This document shows positions 1-9,979 of a DNA stretch of 64,000 nt, piece by piece. The position numbers and the translations under genes are program-made. The notes under the pieces were generated by a model that worked only from the letters and a program-made list of their open reading frames with translations, searched no databases and was not told the origin of the DNA. The stretch is from Patescibacteria group bacterium. Lineage in GTDB: Bacteria; Patescibacteriota; Patescibacteriia; UM-FILTER-42-10. The DNA lies in NCBI GenBank assembly GCA_041666485.1, contig JBAYGW010000001.1:15299-79298 (forward strand), given 5' to 3'. Within the stretch, counting starts at the first letter, position 1, and the number at the start of each line of letters is the position of its first letter.

Positions 1-1
1 C

Positions 2-172
2 GGAGCCCCGGATTTTAAAGTAGGCGATTATCGGGAATTTAAAAATAAATATTTGATGTCAAACAGTAATTTTACGCTTATGCAACGAACGGATTATGAA
101 ATGATTGAACTAAAAGGGATTGACGTACTGGTATATTTTCCGAGCAAATTATTTGATGAAAGAAAAAAATAA
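2..172 (+). CDS. 3' end of an unidentified CDS entering from the left edge
   Basis: Open frame from base 2 (GAPDFKVGDYREFKNKYLMS...LFDERKK) ending at TAA 170-172; translated by hand. Confidence 0.55.
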   Translation, partial: GAPDFKVGDYREFKNKYLMSNSNFTLMQRTDYEMIELKGIDVLVYFPSKLFDERKK

Positions 173-224
173 TATGGAAAAATATTTGGAGGAATTTTTT
201 GCTGAGTGGAGAGGGGAAAAATAA

Positions 225-623
225 GTGCATAGATTAAATTCAAAATTGATTGCTCCCTGCGGTATGAATTGTGGAATCTGTCTGGGGTATTTACGAAAAG
301 ACAATACATGTCATGGTTGCAGGGATATGAACAGGAATAAATATTGCAGGAAATGCATAATCAGAAACTGCGCAATACTTAAAAAGAACAAATGGAAGTT
401 CTGCTCAAGTAAATGCCAAAACTATCCATGCCGGCGGCTGAAAAATCTTGATACAAGGTATAAAACCAGATATGGAATGAGTATGCTTGAAAACCTGCAG
501 TTTATCCGAGAGCAGGGGATTAGAAAATTTGTAGCAAATGAGCAAATACGTTGGACATGTAAAAAATGCCATGAAGTTGTATGTGTTCACCGCCCGGCTT
601 GCTTAAATTGCGGAAAAAAATAA
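225..623 (+). CDS. DUF3795-like Cys-rich (probable metal-binding) protein
   Basis: IAPCGMNCGIC, CHGC, CIIRNC, C-x-x-YPC and terminal CKKC...CLNC motifs; GTG start preceded by GAGGGG. Confidence 0.8.
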   Translation: MHRLNSKLIAPCGMNCGICLGYLRKDNTCHGCRDMNRNKYCRKCIIRNCAILKKNKWKFCSSKCQNYPCRRLKNLDTRYKTRYGMSMLENLQFIREQGIRKFVANEQIRWTCKKCHEVVCVHRPACLNCGKK

Positions 624-637
624 GTAAATAAAAAAAT

Positions 638-2056
638 ATGAATAAAAATAGTGGAAAAGCGGGGCTCCTAAATCATTATTTTATGCCAGATGATGTAAGA
701 CTATTTGACTACAATCAAATATTTTCTGTTTCTTCTATGTGGGTTGAATTAGGTATGAAAGATACAATCGCGACATATGATTTGATGGTTCGCGGACTGC
801 CGGAAAATAGAAATTTTCTGCTGTTCGGCGGATTGGAGGAAATTCTAGAAAATATTGTCAATTGGAAATATACGAAATCTGAAGTTGATTTTTTATTGAA
901 AATAAAAAGTATAACGCCGAAAATGGCGAAGCTGATGCGAAACTTCAAATTTAATGGTGACATTTATGCTATGAAAGAGGGGACGGTGTTTTTTTCTAAT
1001 GAGCCGGTCGTTCGCCTTGACGGCCCAATCTGGCAGATTAATTTATTTACTTTCTTTTTAATAAACGCACTTACGTCCAACACAATCTTTCTTTCAAAAA
1101 TTGCTAGAAATGTATTAGCTACCCAAGGGAAATATGATCTTATTGTTTGTTCCTCAACGCGTGCACATTCAAATGAATCTTCCCTGAAATTTGGTAGAGC
1201 AGCCTATTTACTCGGCGGTCCATCCGCACTTATTCCGGCCTTTGCCAGAAAGTTCAATTTGCCTCATGTAAATGTTAGCACAAAGGCTTACCATGCATTT
1301 ATAAAATCATTCCCGTCTGAAATTGAAGCAATGAGGTCGGCGATGCGTATATTTGAAAGACTGGATTTTATGATTGATACGTATGACTATAAGCAAGGTG
1401 TTAAAAATGTAATTACTGTTGCCAGGGAATTAAAAAAACAGAAGAAAGGTCATGTTATTGGAAATGTTTGCATAGACAGCGGTAAAGATGCTTACGATTT
1501 TTTGAAACAATCAAAATATGTAAGAAATGAATTGGATAAATCCGGCTTTACTAAAATAGGGATAACCGTTGCCGGTAATTTTGAGGAGAAGAAAATAGCA
1601 ATATTAGCAAAAAATAACGCACCTATCTCAAGTATTCTGGCTTGCACAGAATTAGTAACATCGGCAGATGCTCCGAAACTTGAGTCGGTCCTGAAACTAG
1701 CAGAAAGACGGGATGGGAAAAAGATAGCGTACAGTGCAAAATTGGCTCCAGGAAAAGAAAGTTATCCGGGGAGGAAGCAGGTTTTTAGATTATTCAAAAA
1801 TGGTAGAATGGTTAAAGATACGATTGCTCATGAAAAAGAAAGGTTTGGCACGCCACTACTTCAAAAAGTAGTAAGCAAAGGAAGATTGGTATATAAACTG
1901 CCGAACCTTGATAGTATTAAACGGCATATTACGAAACAAATTAATTCATTACCAAATAAATTGAAAGATGTAAATAAGAAACACGAATATCCTGTGTCAG
2001 TCAGTCCGAAGCTTGAAAAAATTATGAATACACTAAGAAGAATACATAAGAATTGA
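638..2056 (+). CDS. pncB: Nicotinate phosphoribosyltransferase-like protein (divergent)
   Basis: [27 protein letters not shown] and [12 protein letters not shown] motifs match the NAPRTase layout; several active-site motifs deviate. Confidence 0.75.
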   Translation: MNKNSGKAGLLNHYFMPDDVRLFDYNQIFSVSSMWVELGMKDTIATYDLMVRGLPENRNFLLFGGLEEILENIVNWKYTKSEVDFLLKIKSITPKMAKLMRNFKFNGDIYAMKEGTVFFSNEPVVRLDGPIWQINLFTFFLINALTSNTIFLSKIARNVLATQGKYDLIVCSSTRAHSNESSLKFGRAAYLLGGPSALIPAFARKFNLPHVNVSTKAYHAFIKSFPSEIEAMRSAMRIFERLDFMIDTYDYKQGVKNVITVARELKKQKKGHVIGNVCIDSGKDAYDFLKQSKYVRNELDKSGFTKIGITVAGNFEEKKIAILAKNNAPISSILACTELVTSADAPKLESVLKLAERRDGKKIAYSAKLAPGKESYPGRKQVFRLFKNGRMVKDTIAHEKERFGTPLLQKVVSKGRLVYKLPNLDSIKRHITKQINSLPNKLKDVNKKHEYPVSVSPKLEKIMNTLRRIHKN

Positions 2057-2076
2057 TAATTAAATTTAATACGAAT

Positions 2077-2460
2077 ATGTTACAAGAATTCAAAAAATTT
2101 GCGCTAAAGGGCAATGTCATGGATATGGCAGTCGGTGTCATCATCGGTGCCGCCTTTGGTAAGATTGTCAGCTCATTTGTATCGGACGTCATAATGCCAC
2201 CGATCGGTGTTTTAACCGGTGGTGTAAATTTTGACGGACTATTTATTACATTAAAAAAGGCAACCGATACCACCGCAGCTGTCAATCTGAATTACGGATT
2301 ATTTATCAATGCAATCATTGATTTCCTAATAATTGCTTTTGTAATATTTCTTGCTGTTAAACAGATTAATAAATTGAGGAAAAAGGAAGCAGAAAAACCC
2401 GTTGCTCCGTCCGAGGAAATTTTACTGCTGCGGGAAATTAGAGATTCATTAAAAAAATAG
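2077..2460 (+). CDS. mscL: Large-conductance mechanosensitive channel
   Basis: [33 protein letters not shown] and LLREIRDSL; the ATG at 2077 is preferred over the ORF-track start at 2053. Confidence 0.97.
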   Translation: MLQEFKKFALKGNVMDMAVGVIIGAAFGKIVSSFVSDVIMPPIGVLTGGVNFDGLFITLKKATDTTAAVNLNYGLFINAIIDFLIIAFVIFLAVKQINKLRKKEAEKPVAPSEEILLLREIRDSLKK

Positions 2461-2492
2461 GTTAAGCATTTAATTATTTTAACCTTGCGTAT

Positions 2493-2606
2493 ATGAGCGA
2501 TATATATTCAATATTAGGTTGGGGATCACCGGTTGGAACTGGTCTATTCTTGGTTTTTTTAGGACTATTTATCTTCTTACTGGCGCACTCCGACCGTAAA
2601 AAGTAA
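2493..2606 (+). CDS. 37-aa single-TM membrane microprotein (below the ORF-track cutoff)
   Basis: Hand translation MSDIYSILGWGSPVGTGLFLVFLGLFIFLLAHSDRKK*: hydrophobic helix with a basic C-tail that fills the intergenic gap. Confidence 0.7.
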   Translation: MSDIYSILGWGSPVGTGLFLVFLGLFIFLLAHSDRKK

Positions 2607-2627
2607 ATGGCTAGTATTAGCCACGAC

Positions 2628-2656
2628 TTGCCAAAATTAGAAAAAAAATGTATACT
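2628..2656 (+). promoter_or_regulatory. Sigma70-type promoter for the M23 peptidase
   Basis: TTGCCA-17 nt-TATACT. It overlaps the ORF-track start at 2648, which implies the true start is 2678. Confidence 0.65.
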
Positions 2657-2677
2657 ATAGTTACTAAAATAACAAAT

Positions 2678-3958
2678 ATGCTATTTTGGCTTAAAACAAA
2701 AACAGAGAATAAAAACCTGCAAATGATCGGATTGGCGTTGTTTGTCGCCAGTTTTTTGTTTATTCCGAAAATTGCGCATCTGGATGACAGTCAAACAGTA
2801 ACGGAAGAAGAAAAACAGCAGATTATTACTGAAACAAATCAGCAAATAAACGAAAAACAGGCTCAAATAGATGAGCTGCAGAAGAAGATAGATCAGTACA
2901 AGGAAAATATCGCAATTAAGCAAAGAGAGCAGGCAACTATTCAAAGTGAGGTATCGCTGATTAGTGATCGGATTGCAAAAAAGGAGGCAGAAGTTGAAGC
3001 AAAACAGGCAACAATTGAAAAACTGGAATTAGAAATAGCCGACCTGCAGAATAGGATAGGGGAGAAGTCTACTGAAATCGGAGGTGAGAAACAGGATCTC
3101 GGAGAAATTATTAGGGAAATGTATGAATATGATCAAAAAACATATTTGGAAGTTGTGATAGCAAATAAGAATTTCTCAGATTATTTCCTGCAGCTGCAGT
3201 ATATTGAGGAGCTTGGTAATAAAACAAAAGATTCGCTTGATACATTGCAGAATCTTAAGGACACCTTAATTCAGCAGAATGCCAGTTTAGATGAAAAAAA
3301 AGCTGATATGGAACTGGAAAGAAACAAGTTGGTTGCTGATCAGCAGGACTTGGAAGGAGAAAAGTCATATCAGGATAATCTGCTGTATCAAACGCAGATG
3401 GATGAAGATAAGTTTCAAAAACTGGTTGATGAAGTAAAAGCTGAACAGAACAAAGCAAATTCCACAATTACGGATCTTGAAAGAGAAATGCGCAACAAGT
3501 TAGAAGGAGAATCTTATGATGGAAGTGGAGCTGACATAATCGCTGGTACTTCTACATTATCATGGCCTGTTGATCCTTCACTTGGTATATCATGTGGTTT
3601 TCATTGTGGCGATTATCCGTTTGCAAGATGGTTTCAGCATAATGCGATTGATATTAGGACACCGCAGGGAACAACACTAAGGGCGGCCGCCTCAGGTTAT
3701 GTTGCAATTGCGAAAGATGCGGGACTAGGTTACAGTTATATATTAATTGTGCATGGGGATGGTCTAGCAACAGTTTATGGCCATGTCAGTAGGATTGATG
3801 TTGCGCCTGACCAGTTTGTCCGTAGGGGAGATGTAATTGGTGCCACGGGAGGAATGCCGGGTATGCCAGGGACAGGAAGTTTTAGTACGGGAGCGCATCT
3901 TCACTTTGAAGTTCGAGTTGACGGTATACCGGACGATCCAATGAAGTTTTTACCATAA
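2678..3958 (+). CDS. Coiled-coil M23 family peptidoglycan endopeptidase (EnvC/CwlO-like architecture)
   Basis: N-terminal TM segment, long coiled coil, then HNAIDI...YGH...STGAHLHFEVR M23 motifs. Confidence 0.92.
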   Translation: MLFWLKTKTENKNLQMIGLALFVASFLFIPKIAHLDDSQTVTEEEKQQIITETNQQINEKQAQIDELQKKIDQYKENIAIKQREQATIQSEVSLISDRIAKKEAEVEAKQATIEKLELEIADLQNRIGEKSTEIGGEKQDLGEIIREMYEYDQKTYLEVVIANKNFSDYFLQLQYIEELGNKTKDSLDTLQNLKDTLIQQNASLDEKKADMELERNKLVADQQDLEGEKSYQDNLLYQTQMDEDKFQKLVDEVKAEQNKANSTITDLEREMRNKLEGESYDGSGADIIAGTSTLSWPVDPSLGISCGFHCGDYPFARWFQHNAIDIRTPQGTTLRAAASGYVAIAKDAGLGYSYILIVHGDGLATVYGHVSRIDVAPDQFVRRGDVIGATGGMPGMPGTGSFSTGAHLHFEVRVDGIPDDPMKFLP

Positions 3959-3994
3959 TTTATTTCTTTTTATTTATTGTCTGGCTGTAAATAT

Positions 3995-4026
3995 AAAAAG
4001 GGGACCTAAATGGTCCCTTGTATTTT
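3995..4026. terminator. Probable bidirectional intrinsic terminator
   Basis: AAAAAG-GGGACC-TAAAT-GGTCCC-TTGTATTTT between convergent genes. Confidence 0.7.
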
Positions 4027-4074
4027 GATATGTGTGGCGTCGTTTAATAAATCTTATAAGACGCCTAAATATAC

Positions 4075-4773
4075 CTATTTTAAATACGGGTCTGATAATG
4101 CCTTATATTTGGATATTTCTTTAACAAATGTATCAAAAGAAAGCAATTCAACATTTATGTTCTTATTTACTTTCAATGTTTTAGTTCTTTCTTCAATTAT
4201 GGAGTTGGATATTTCTTTATTTGAAACAACCAAATATATTTTGTATGGGAAATTCTTATAGGTATTAATCTTGTGAATTATATTATTAGTGAAATGACTT
4301 ATTTCAGTATCTGGAAAAAATACATCAACAGCATATTTGCCATTCTTGTGATAAACAATAAAGTCAACTTTTAATGTCGTATCATCTACTACAACCCGTG
4401 CCTGATTATGGACAAATGGTTCATGGTAATAATCATTAAGAACAACATATACTTCTTGTTCAGCATTGAATCCTCTATCCCATAGTATCTTTGATTTTCT
4501 GCTTCTAGTTGCACCTTTTGTATAATTCGTTTCAGTTAAACCAAGCTCTTTTCTAATGTTTGTTATTCCACCAAATTTCCTTTCCAGGGTTTTAACAGTA
4601 GGAAGATAAGTGCAGTTTTTCATATCTGATGCGACTGGCCATCTATTATTTTCTTTATAATATTGTCTGAAGCCAGATAAAATATTATCAATATTCCAGG
4701 ATACATGAAACTTATCATATCCATTTGGTATATTGATTAATCCATTTTCTTGTTTATAGTACTTTGGATGCAT
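4075..4773 (-). CDS. Hypothetical protein: homing-endonuclease-associated-repeat-like domain plus PD-(D/E)xK-like C-terminal domain
   Basis: W...YYKENNRWP...LPTVKTLERKFGG...RKELGL repeat-like motif; E...KVDFIV...AVDVF restriction-fold-like motif. Confidence 0.6.
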   Translation of the reverse strand: MHPKYYKQENGLINIPNGYDKFHVSWNIDNILSGFRQYYKENNRWPVASDMKNCTYLPTVKTLERKFGGITNIRKELGLTETNYTKGATRSRKSKILWDRGFNAEQEVYVVLNDYYHEPFVHNQARVVVDDTTLKVDFIVYHKNGKYAVDVFFPDTEISHFTNNIIHKINTYKNFPYKIYLVVSNKEISNSIIEERTKTLKVNKNINVELLSFDTFVKEISKYKALSDPYLK

Positions 4774-4775
4774 AC

Positions 4776-5831
4776 CTATTCCATCACATAGACCTTTTCA
4801 CCGAATCTGAGATCAATATAATCTATATTCTCTCTTGCTGCCTGATCCGGCGCTTTTTTTTGTAAATATATTTTTAATCTTTCCAGCTGGGTTGCAATAT
4901 CATCATTTACGGTAAAATATGCTTTCCAGCCTTCAGTGGTTAAAACCGCTATATCTTGTACCGCCTTTACTAAATCACATTCAATTGAGCTATTGACGTT
5001 GCTATTGGCAGGATCAGACCTGTTTACATTCTGATTAGAACGATTGGTGTTAAGCGTGGCTTTGTTTATATTGCTATTAGACGAATTAATATTACTATTC
5101 AGGTCATCTGTATCATCTTTTTCCTCTTTTGTACTACAAGTTGTCTCCGGAATCAAAAACCTTTCAATCTCAACATTTGTTTTATCCTTGAAACGATCCT
5201 TGATAATAATTACCGCATTGACCAGTTCAGGTGATATGATTTGGTCCTTTAATTTGATTATTCGTTTATTCAGATCTTCAATTTTTGGAAAATACGCCCT
5301 CACTTCCGCTTCCGGTACTACATGTGTTACTACCCCCTGAAGATCCATATAATAAAACGCTCTTTCAGTTATGAGTGTCAGGTTGGGAATTTTTTCCTTA
5401 AGCCGGACGATTAATTTATTTGGAAATCTTTTTGTGATTGTAATCTCGTCCAGAACAAATGCGTCCCACAGTTTCTGCTGAGCCTCATCAACATCGTAAA
5501 TGAAAAAATTACTCTGTTTAAAAACCAGAAATCTATGCTCACTAAATGACTTATTAACTTCGTTGCTAATCGTTTCGTAAGTCAGCTCCTGATTGCCGGT
5601 AACATCAATAACCCTGATCGTAAAATAGGCTGAATAAAAAAAGAAATAGATTAATCCCCCGATGACAAGCAATAATGCTATTATCCTGGGTCGGGTTATG
5701 AGTCGCAAAACACTGACCTGCTGTTTCTTTTTTTTGAAATAAGGATTTTCATAAACCGGTTTGTTTACGACTTTGATTTCCCTTTTGCGGAAACCCCGGG
5801 CTCTTTTTAATTTCAGTCTATTACGGAACAT
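4776..5831 (-). CDS. ftsQ: Cell division protein FtsQ/DivIB
   Basis: Basic N-terminus, TM, POTRA (FTIRVIDVTGN...KRFPNKLIVRLKE), C-terminal YIDLRFG; lies downstream of ddl. Confidence 0.88.
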   Translation of the reverse strand: MFRNRLKLKRARGFRKREIKVVNKPVYENPYFKKKKQQVSVLRLITRPRIIALLLVIGGLIYFFFYSAYFTIRVIDVTGNQELTYETISNEVNKSFSEHRFLVFKQSNFFIYDVDEAQQKLWDAFVLDEITITKRFPNKLIVRLKEKIPNLTLITERAFYYMDLQGVVTHVVPEAEVRAYFPKIEDLNKRIIKLKDQIISPELVNAVIIIKDRFKDKTNVEIERFLIPETTCSTKEEKDDTDDLNSNINSSNSNINKATLNTNRSNQNVNRSDPANSNVNSSIECDLVKAVQDIAVLTTEGWKAYFTVNDDIATQLERLKIYLQKKAPDQAARENIDYIDLRFGEKVYVME

Positions 5832-5833
5832 TA

Positions 5834-6976
5834 TTATTTGTTTTCTTTATACCAATCTTTTTTTGGTTTATAGGATGTTAACGATTGTCGGGAATCCTTA
5901 AACCTTTCCAGTGCCAGTTGAATCAGTTTATCAATCAGTTTCTGATACGAAATACCGGATGCTGCCCATAATTTGGGATACATGCTGATTGAGGTAAATC
6001 CGGGGATCGTATTCACTTCGTTTAAATAGATTTTTCCAGTTTTTTTATCAATCAGGAAATCAACCCGTGCCATACCGGCACAGTCCAGAGTTTGATAAGC
6101 CTTGATTGCCATTTTTTTAATACTATCCGCTGTCTTCTTGGAAAGTTTTGCAGGGATGATGGATCTGGATTTATCGTCAACATACTTGGCATCGTAATCG
6201 TAGAATTCATTACTGGGAATTATTTCACCCGGAACAGATGCTTGCGGGTCATTATTCCCTAATACGCTCACCTCTATTTCTCTCGGTTTTTTAAGACCCT
6301 GCTCAATCAATAGCTTTCTATCATACCGTGAGGCCTCTAAAATTGACGATACAAGGCCTTTTTGATCGTTTGCGAGCCCTATTCCCACAGAAGAGCCCAG
6401 ATTAGCAGGTTTTACAAATATCGGGTATTTGAGGGTTTTACGGATTGCTGAAATAAGCTTGTTTTGACTCGCTGCCCATTCTGTTCTAAGGAAACTGACA
6501 TACGGCAGAACCGGCAGTCCGGCCTGCATAAATAACTGCTTGGACACTACCTTGTCCATCGCAACTGATGATGCTAAAACGCCGGCGCCGACATACGGGA
6601 TATTTGCCAATTCCAACAGTCCCTGCAGTGTTCCATCCTCGCCGTACGGCCCGTGAATTATCGGGATGATAACATCCAATCCTAATACACTTTCCTTTGC
6701 ACCAGATTTAGACATCTGTACCAGTCCCTGTTTGGTGGAATCCGGAGTCACCATTTTTTCAAATTTAGGCAGAATTTTTTTTGTCCCGGCTTTTAGTGTT
6801 GCAAACGCAGTCGTGCCGGCGATCCATTTTCCGGCTTTAGTTATGCCTATCGGGATAATTTCGAATTTCTTTCGGTTAAGGGAGTTTATAATACTTTCAG
6901 CAGATACTATTGATACTTCATGTTCTCCGGATCTTCCGCCGAAGATCACCCCTACTCTAATTTTTCTCTGGCTCAT
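5834..6976 (-). CDS. ddl: D-alanine--D-alanine ligase
   Basis: FGGRSGEHEVS, HGPYGEDG, GSSVG, FYDYDAKY, NEVNTIPG. Confidence 0.98.
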   Translation of the reverse strand: MSQRKIRVGVIFGGRSGEHEVSIVSAESIINSLNRKKFEIIPIGITKAGKWIAGTTAFATLKAGTKKILPKFEKMVTPDSTKQGLVQMSKSGAKESVLGLDVIIPIIHGPYGEDGTLQGLLELANIPYVGAGVLASSVAMDKVVSKQLFMQAGLPVLPYVSFLRTEWAASQNKLISAIRKTLKYPIFVKPANLGSSVGIGLANDQKGLVSSILEASRYDRKLLIEQGLKKPREIEVSVLGNNDPQASVPGEIIPSNEFYDYDAKYVDDKSRSIIPAKLSKKTADSIKKMAIKAYQTLDCAGMARVDFLIDKKTGKIYLNEVNTIPGFTSISMYPKLWAASGISYQKLIDKLIQLALERFKDSRQSLTSYKPKKDWYKENK

Positions 6977-6994
6977 TTTAAGCGTCGTAAAATA

Positions 6995-8134
6995 TTAAAT
7001 GACTATTCTAGGAATTTGAGAATTTATCCTTGTAACGACCTCATAATTAATTGATTTGGTATCCGAAGCAATCTGGTCGGCAGTTATTTCCTGCTTGCCT
7101 TGTCGGCCAATTATCACAACTTCATCCCCTACCTCCGCTGAGTCCGCTGCAGATACATCAATGATGGTCAGATTCATACACACCTTGCCGATTACCGGGC
7201 ATTTTCTGCCACCAACTAGCACAATACCCTTATTGGAAAGCTGTCGGCTATAACCTTCATTATAACCGATCGGCAAAATCGCAATTACCGAATCCTTTTT
7301 TAATTTATATGAGCATCCGTAGCCGATCAGTGATCCTTTGGGCAGATGCTTAATTTGTATTATTTTAGTTTTCCAGGATAAAACCGGCTGTAACTCAAAA
7401 TCAGGAAATTTTTTATGCACCGTAATTTCATTATTTTCCGAAGGCCATAAACCGTAAACAGCTATACCCACGCGAACCATGTTGAAATGAGTATTGGCGG
7501 AGACAAGTGTTGCCGCACTACACGCGGCATGCGGTATGGAAATTTTTATCCCCATCCTTTGGAGCGAAAACAGCAAATTACGGAACTTTTCTATTTGTGA
7601 ATTTGTGAAAGTCCAGTCATTATTTTCCGAATCAGCAAAATGAGTAAAGACGCCGATGATTTTAATCATGTTCAATTTTGAACACTTTTCAATAAAATCA
7701 GTTGCCTCATCTGCCAGTATGCCGAGCCTAGATGTCCCTGTGTCAATTTTAATGTGAATTTTAGCAATAATATTCAAACTACCCGCTAATGCTGAAATTT
7801 CTTCTGCTGTTTCAAAGTCATAAACCACCAAATCAACATTCTGTTCAATTAGTTCTTTAATCTGCCCTTTTTCATAATAGCTCAAGACAAGGATTGGAGT
7901 ATTTAATGATTTACTCCTTAGCAGTAATGCCTCGGTTCCATTTACAACCCCTAAATAATCAACACCTGCTTCTGACAATATGTTAGCGACCTCAACAATG
8001 CCGTGTCCGTAGGCATTGCTTTTTATAATCGGCATCAATAGAACATTCGGTCCTGTCAGCTCTTTGAATTGGGCAAGATTGTGTTTAAGCGCTTGTGAAT
8101 CAATTTCTATCCATGTAAGATTTTCAGACATCAT
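6995..8134 (-). CDS. alr: Alanine racemase
   Basis: IKSNAYGHG (PLP lysine), HIKIDTG, RVGIAVYG, IGYG. Confidence 0.97.
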   Translation of the reverse strand: MMSENLTWIEIDSQALKHNLAQFKELTGPNVLLMPIIKSNAYGHGIVEVANILSEAGVDYLGVVNGTEALLLRSKSLNTPILVLSYYEKGQIKELIEQNVDLVVYDFETAEEISALAGSLNIIAKIHIKIDTGTSRLGILADEATDFIEKCSKLNMIKIIGVFTHFADSENNDWTFTNSQIEKFRNLLFSLQRMGIKISIPHAACSAATLVSANTHFNMVRVGIAVYGLWPSENNEITVHKKFPDFELQPVLSWKTKIIQIKHLPKGSLIGYGCSYKLKKDSVIAILPIGYNEGYSRQLSNKGIVLVGGRKCPVIGKVCMNLTIIDVSAADSAEVGDEVVIIGRQGKQEITADQIASDTKSINYEVVTRINSQIPRIVI

Positions 8135-9388
8135 TTATTTTTGTTTTATTAATTCCAAACCGCCCAAATACGGCTGCAATTTCTCGGGTACCGCTACACT
8201 GCCGTCGGCCTGTTGGTTTTGCTCCAGAATTGCCGGAAATATTCTACTGGTAGCCAAGCCAGATGCATTCAGTGTGTGTACAAATATACTTTTAGCATCC
8301 TTACCTTTGTATCGGATATTTCCGCGTCGCGCCTGATAATCTAATGCATTGGAAATACTGGAAACTTCTTTATAGGTATTCATACTAGGAATCCAAACTT
8401 CAATATCAACCGTTTTAGCCATGGCGCTTGAAGTATCGCCCGCCGCCAGTTGTACAGTATTATAATGCAGGTTCAGACCCTCAACAAGTTCCTGCGCGTT
8501 TTTAACCAGCTCTTCAAACGACTGCCAGGAGTCTTCCGGTTTCGTGAGATGAAACATTTCAATTTTATTGAACTGATGGCCACGTATCATTCCACGCTCC
8601 TCTGTGCGATATGCGCCCGCCTCCTTTCTAAAGCATGTTGAAAAGGCAAAATACTTTAGCGGCAATTTACTGACATCCAAAACTTCGCCGGCATGGTAAT
8701 TACCCATCATCATTTCACTGGTTGCATTCAAGCAGAGTTTATCATCATCAGTCCAGTAGAGATCATCTTTAAATTTCGGCAGATGACCGGAAATATAAGC
8801 TGAGTTCTGATTTAAAAGGTACGGCGGAATCATGAATTGGTAATCAGGATGTGCTCTATGATAGTCTATAAAGTAATTTAATAGCGCCCATTCAAGTAAA
8901 GCGCCGGTACCGGTATACGCCCAAAACCCTGATCCGGACATTTTGGCTGACCGTTTGTAGTCTATCAGACCTAAATTAGTTGCGATTGCTACGTGGTCCT
9001 TCGGCTTGAAATCAAATTTCGGTTTTTCAGCGAAAGTGCCGATAATTTTATTATTTTCTTTTCCGCCCGCGACTACGTCTTCGGCGGGAATATTCGGAAG
9101 CGCGCCAATTAATGAATTATAGTCAGATTCTAACTGTTCAAGTTTTAAATCCAGCTGCTTGATTTCTAAACCGGTTACCTTCATCAGCTTTACCGTGTTC
9201 TGATCCGGTTTTGTTTTGGACGCCTTGTTTCTTTTGGCCTGCAGTTCCTCCTTTTTGGTCAAAATTGTCCGACGTTCCACATCAAGTTTAATAATTTTAT
9301 CTAAATCAAAATCTTTTTTCTCCAGACGTTTGAGCAAAGCTTTTTCAACTTCTTTTTTATTTTCAGTTATATATTTAATGTCCAGCAT
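8135..9388 (-). CDS. serS: Serine--tRNA ligase
   Basis: MLDIKYI, FRKEAG, RGHQFNKIE, HTLNASGLA. Confidence 0.98.
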   Translation of the reverse strand: MLDIKYITENKKEVEKALLKRLEKKDFDLDKIIKLDVERRTILTKKEELQAKRNKASKTKPDQNTVKLMKVTGLEIKQLDLKLEQLESDYNSLIGALPNIPAEDVVAGGKENNKIIGTFAEKPKFDFKPKDHVAIATNLGLIDYKRSAKMSGSGFWAYTGTGALLEWALLNYFIDYHRAHPDYQFMIPPYLLNQNSAYISGHLPKFKDDLYWTDDDKLCLNATSEMMMGNYHAGEVLDVSKLPLKYFAFSTCFRKEAGAYRTEERGMIRGHQFNKIEMFHLTKPEDSWQSFEELVKNAQELVEGLNLHYNTVQLAAGDTSSAMAKTVDIEVWIPSMNTYKEVSSISNALDYQARRGNIRYKGKDAKSIFVHTLNASGLATSRIFPAILEQNQQADGSVAVPEKLQPYLGGLELIKQK

Positions 9389-9392
9389 ATAT

Positions 9393-9977
9393 TTAAAGAT
9401 ACTTGATTATTTCTTCAATATTTTTTCTCCGGTTGTCAATTTGATAATACTCATCCTTGCTAAGATCCATTAAGTATTTTTTATACGTATCTTCAATGAA
9501 TAGCGCGCGATATGGAAATCCTGGTGGGAAGTATTTATGCGCTTTATCGGTAAGTTCGCCATGAATAGCATGGTGCACAGTGTGTATTTGATCCGGAGAT
9601 TTTACTAAACAGGTAACGGAAGTAAAATGCGCCGATCTTTGTTTTGGTGGAATATCCTGAATCTTTTCTTTTAATAATCTAAGCGCTTCTTCATCTGACA
9701 TGTGGTATCCTAACCAGCGCCTGGATTTTATACCCGGCTCGCCGTTAAGATAATCAATCTCCAGACCGGAATCTTCCGCAATGGTGGGGATTTTAGCAAT
9801 TTGATAATAATAGACAGCCTTGCCCTGCGCGTTTTCAGTAAATGTCTGTCCGTTCTCTTCAAATGAGTCTTTAATATTCATGCTTTCTAAAGTTTCCACA
9901 TCAATGCCAAAATCATTGAGCAACTTTGTATATGCTTCAATTTTTGCGGGATTACCTGTTGCGATTAGTACCTTCAT
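9393..9977 (-). CDS. rdgB: Ham1/RdgB-family non-canonical purine NTP pyrophosphatase
   Basis: IATGNPAK, ENGQTFTENA..KA, EDSGL..L.GEPG. Confidence 0.85.
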   Translation of the reverse strand: MKVLIATGNPAKIEAYTKLLNDFGIDVETLESMNIKDSFEENGQTFTENAQGKAVYYYQIAKIPTIAEDSGLEIDYLNGEPGIKSRRWLGYHMSDEEALRLLKEKIQDIPPKQRSAHFTSVTCLVKSPDQIHTVHHAIHGELTDKAHKYFPPGFPYRALFIEDTYKKYLMDLSKDEYYQIDNRRKNIEEIIKYL

Positions 9978-9979
9978 AT

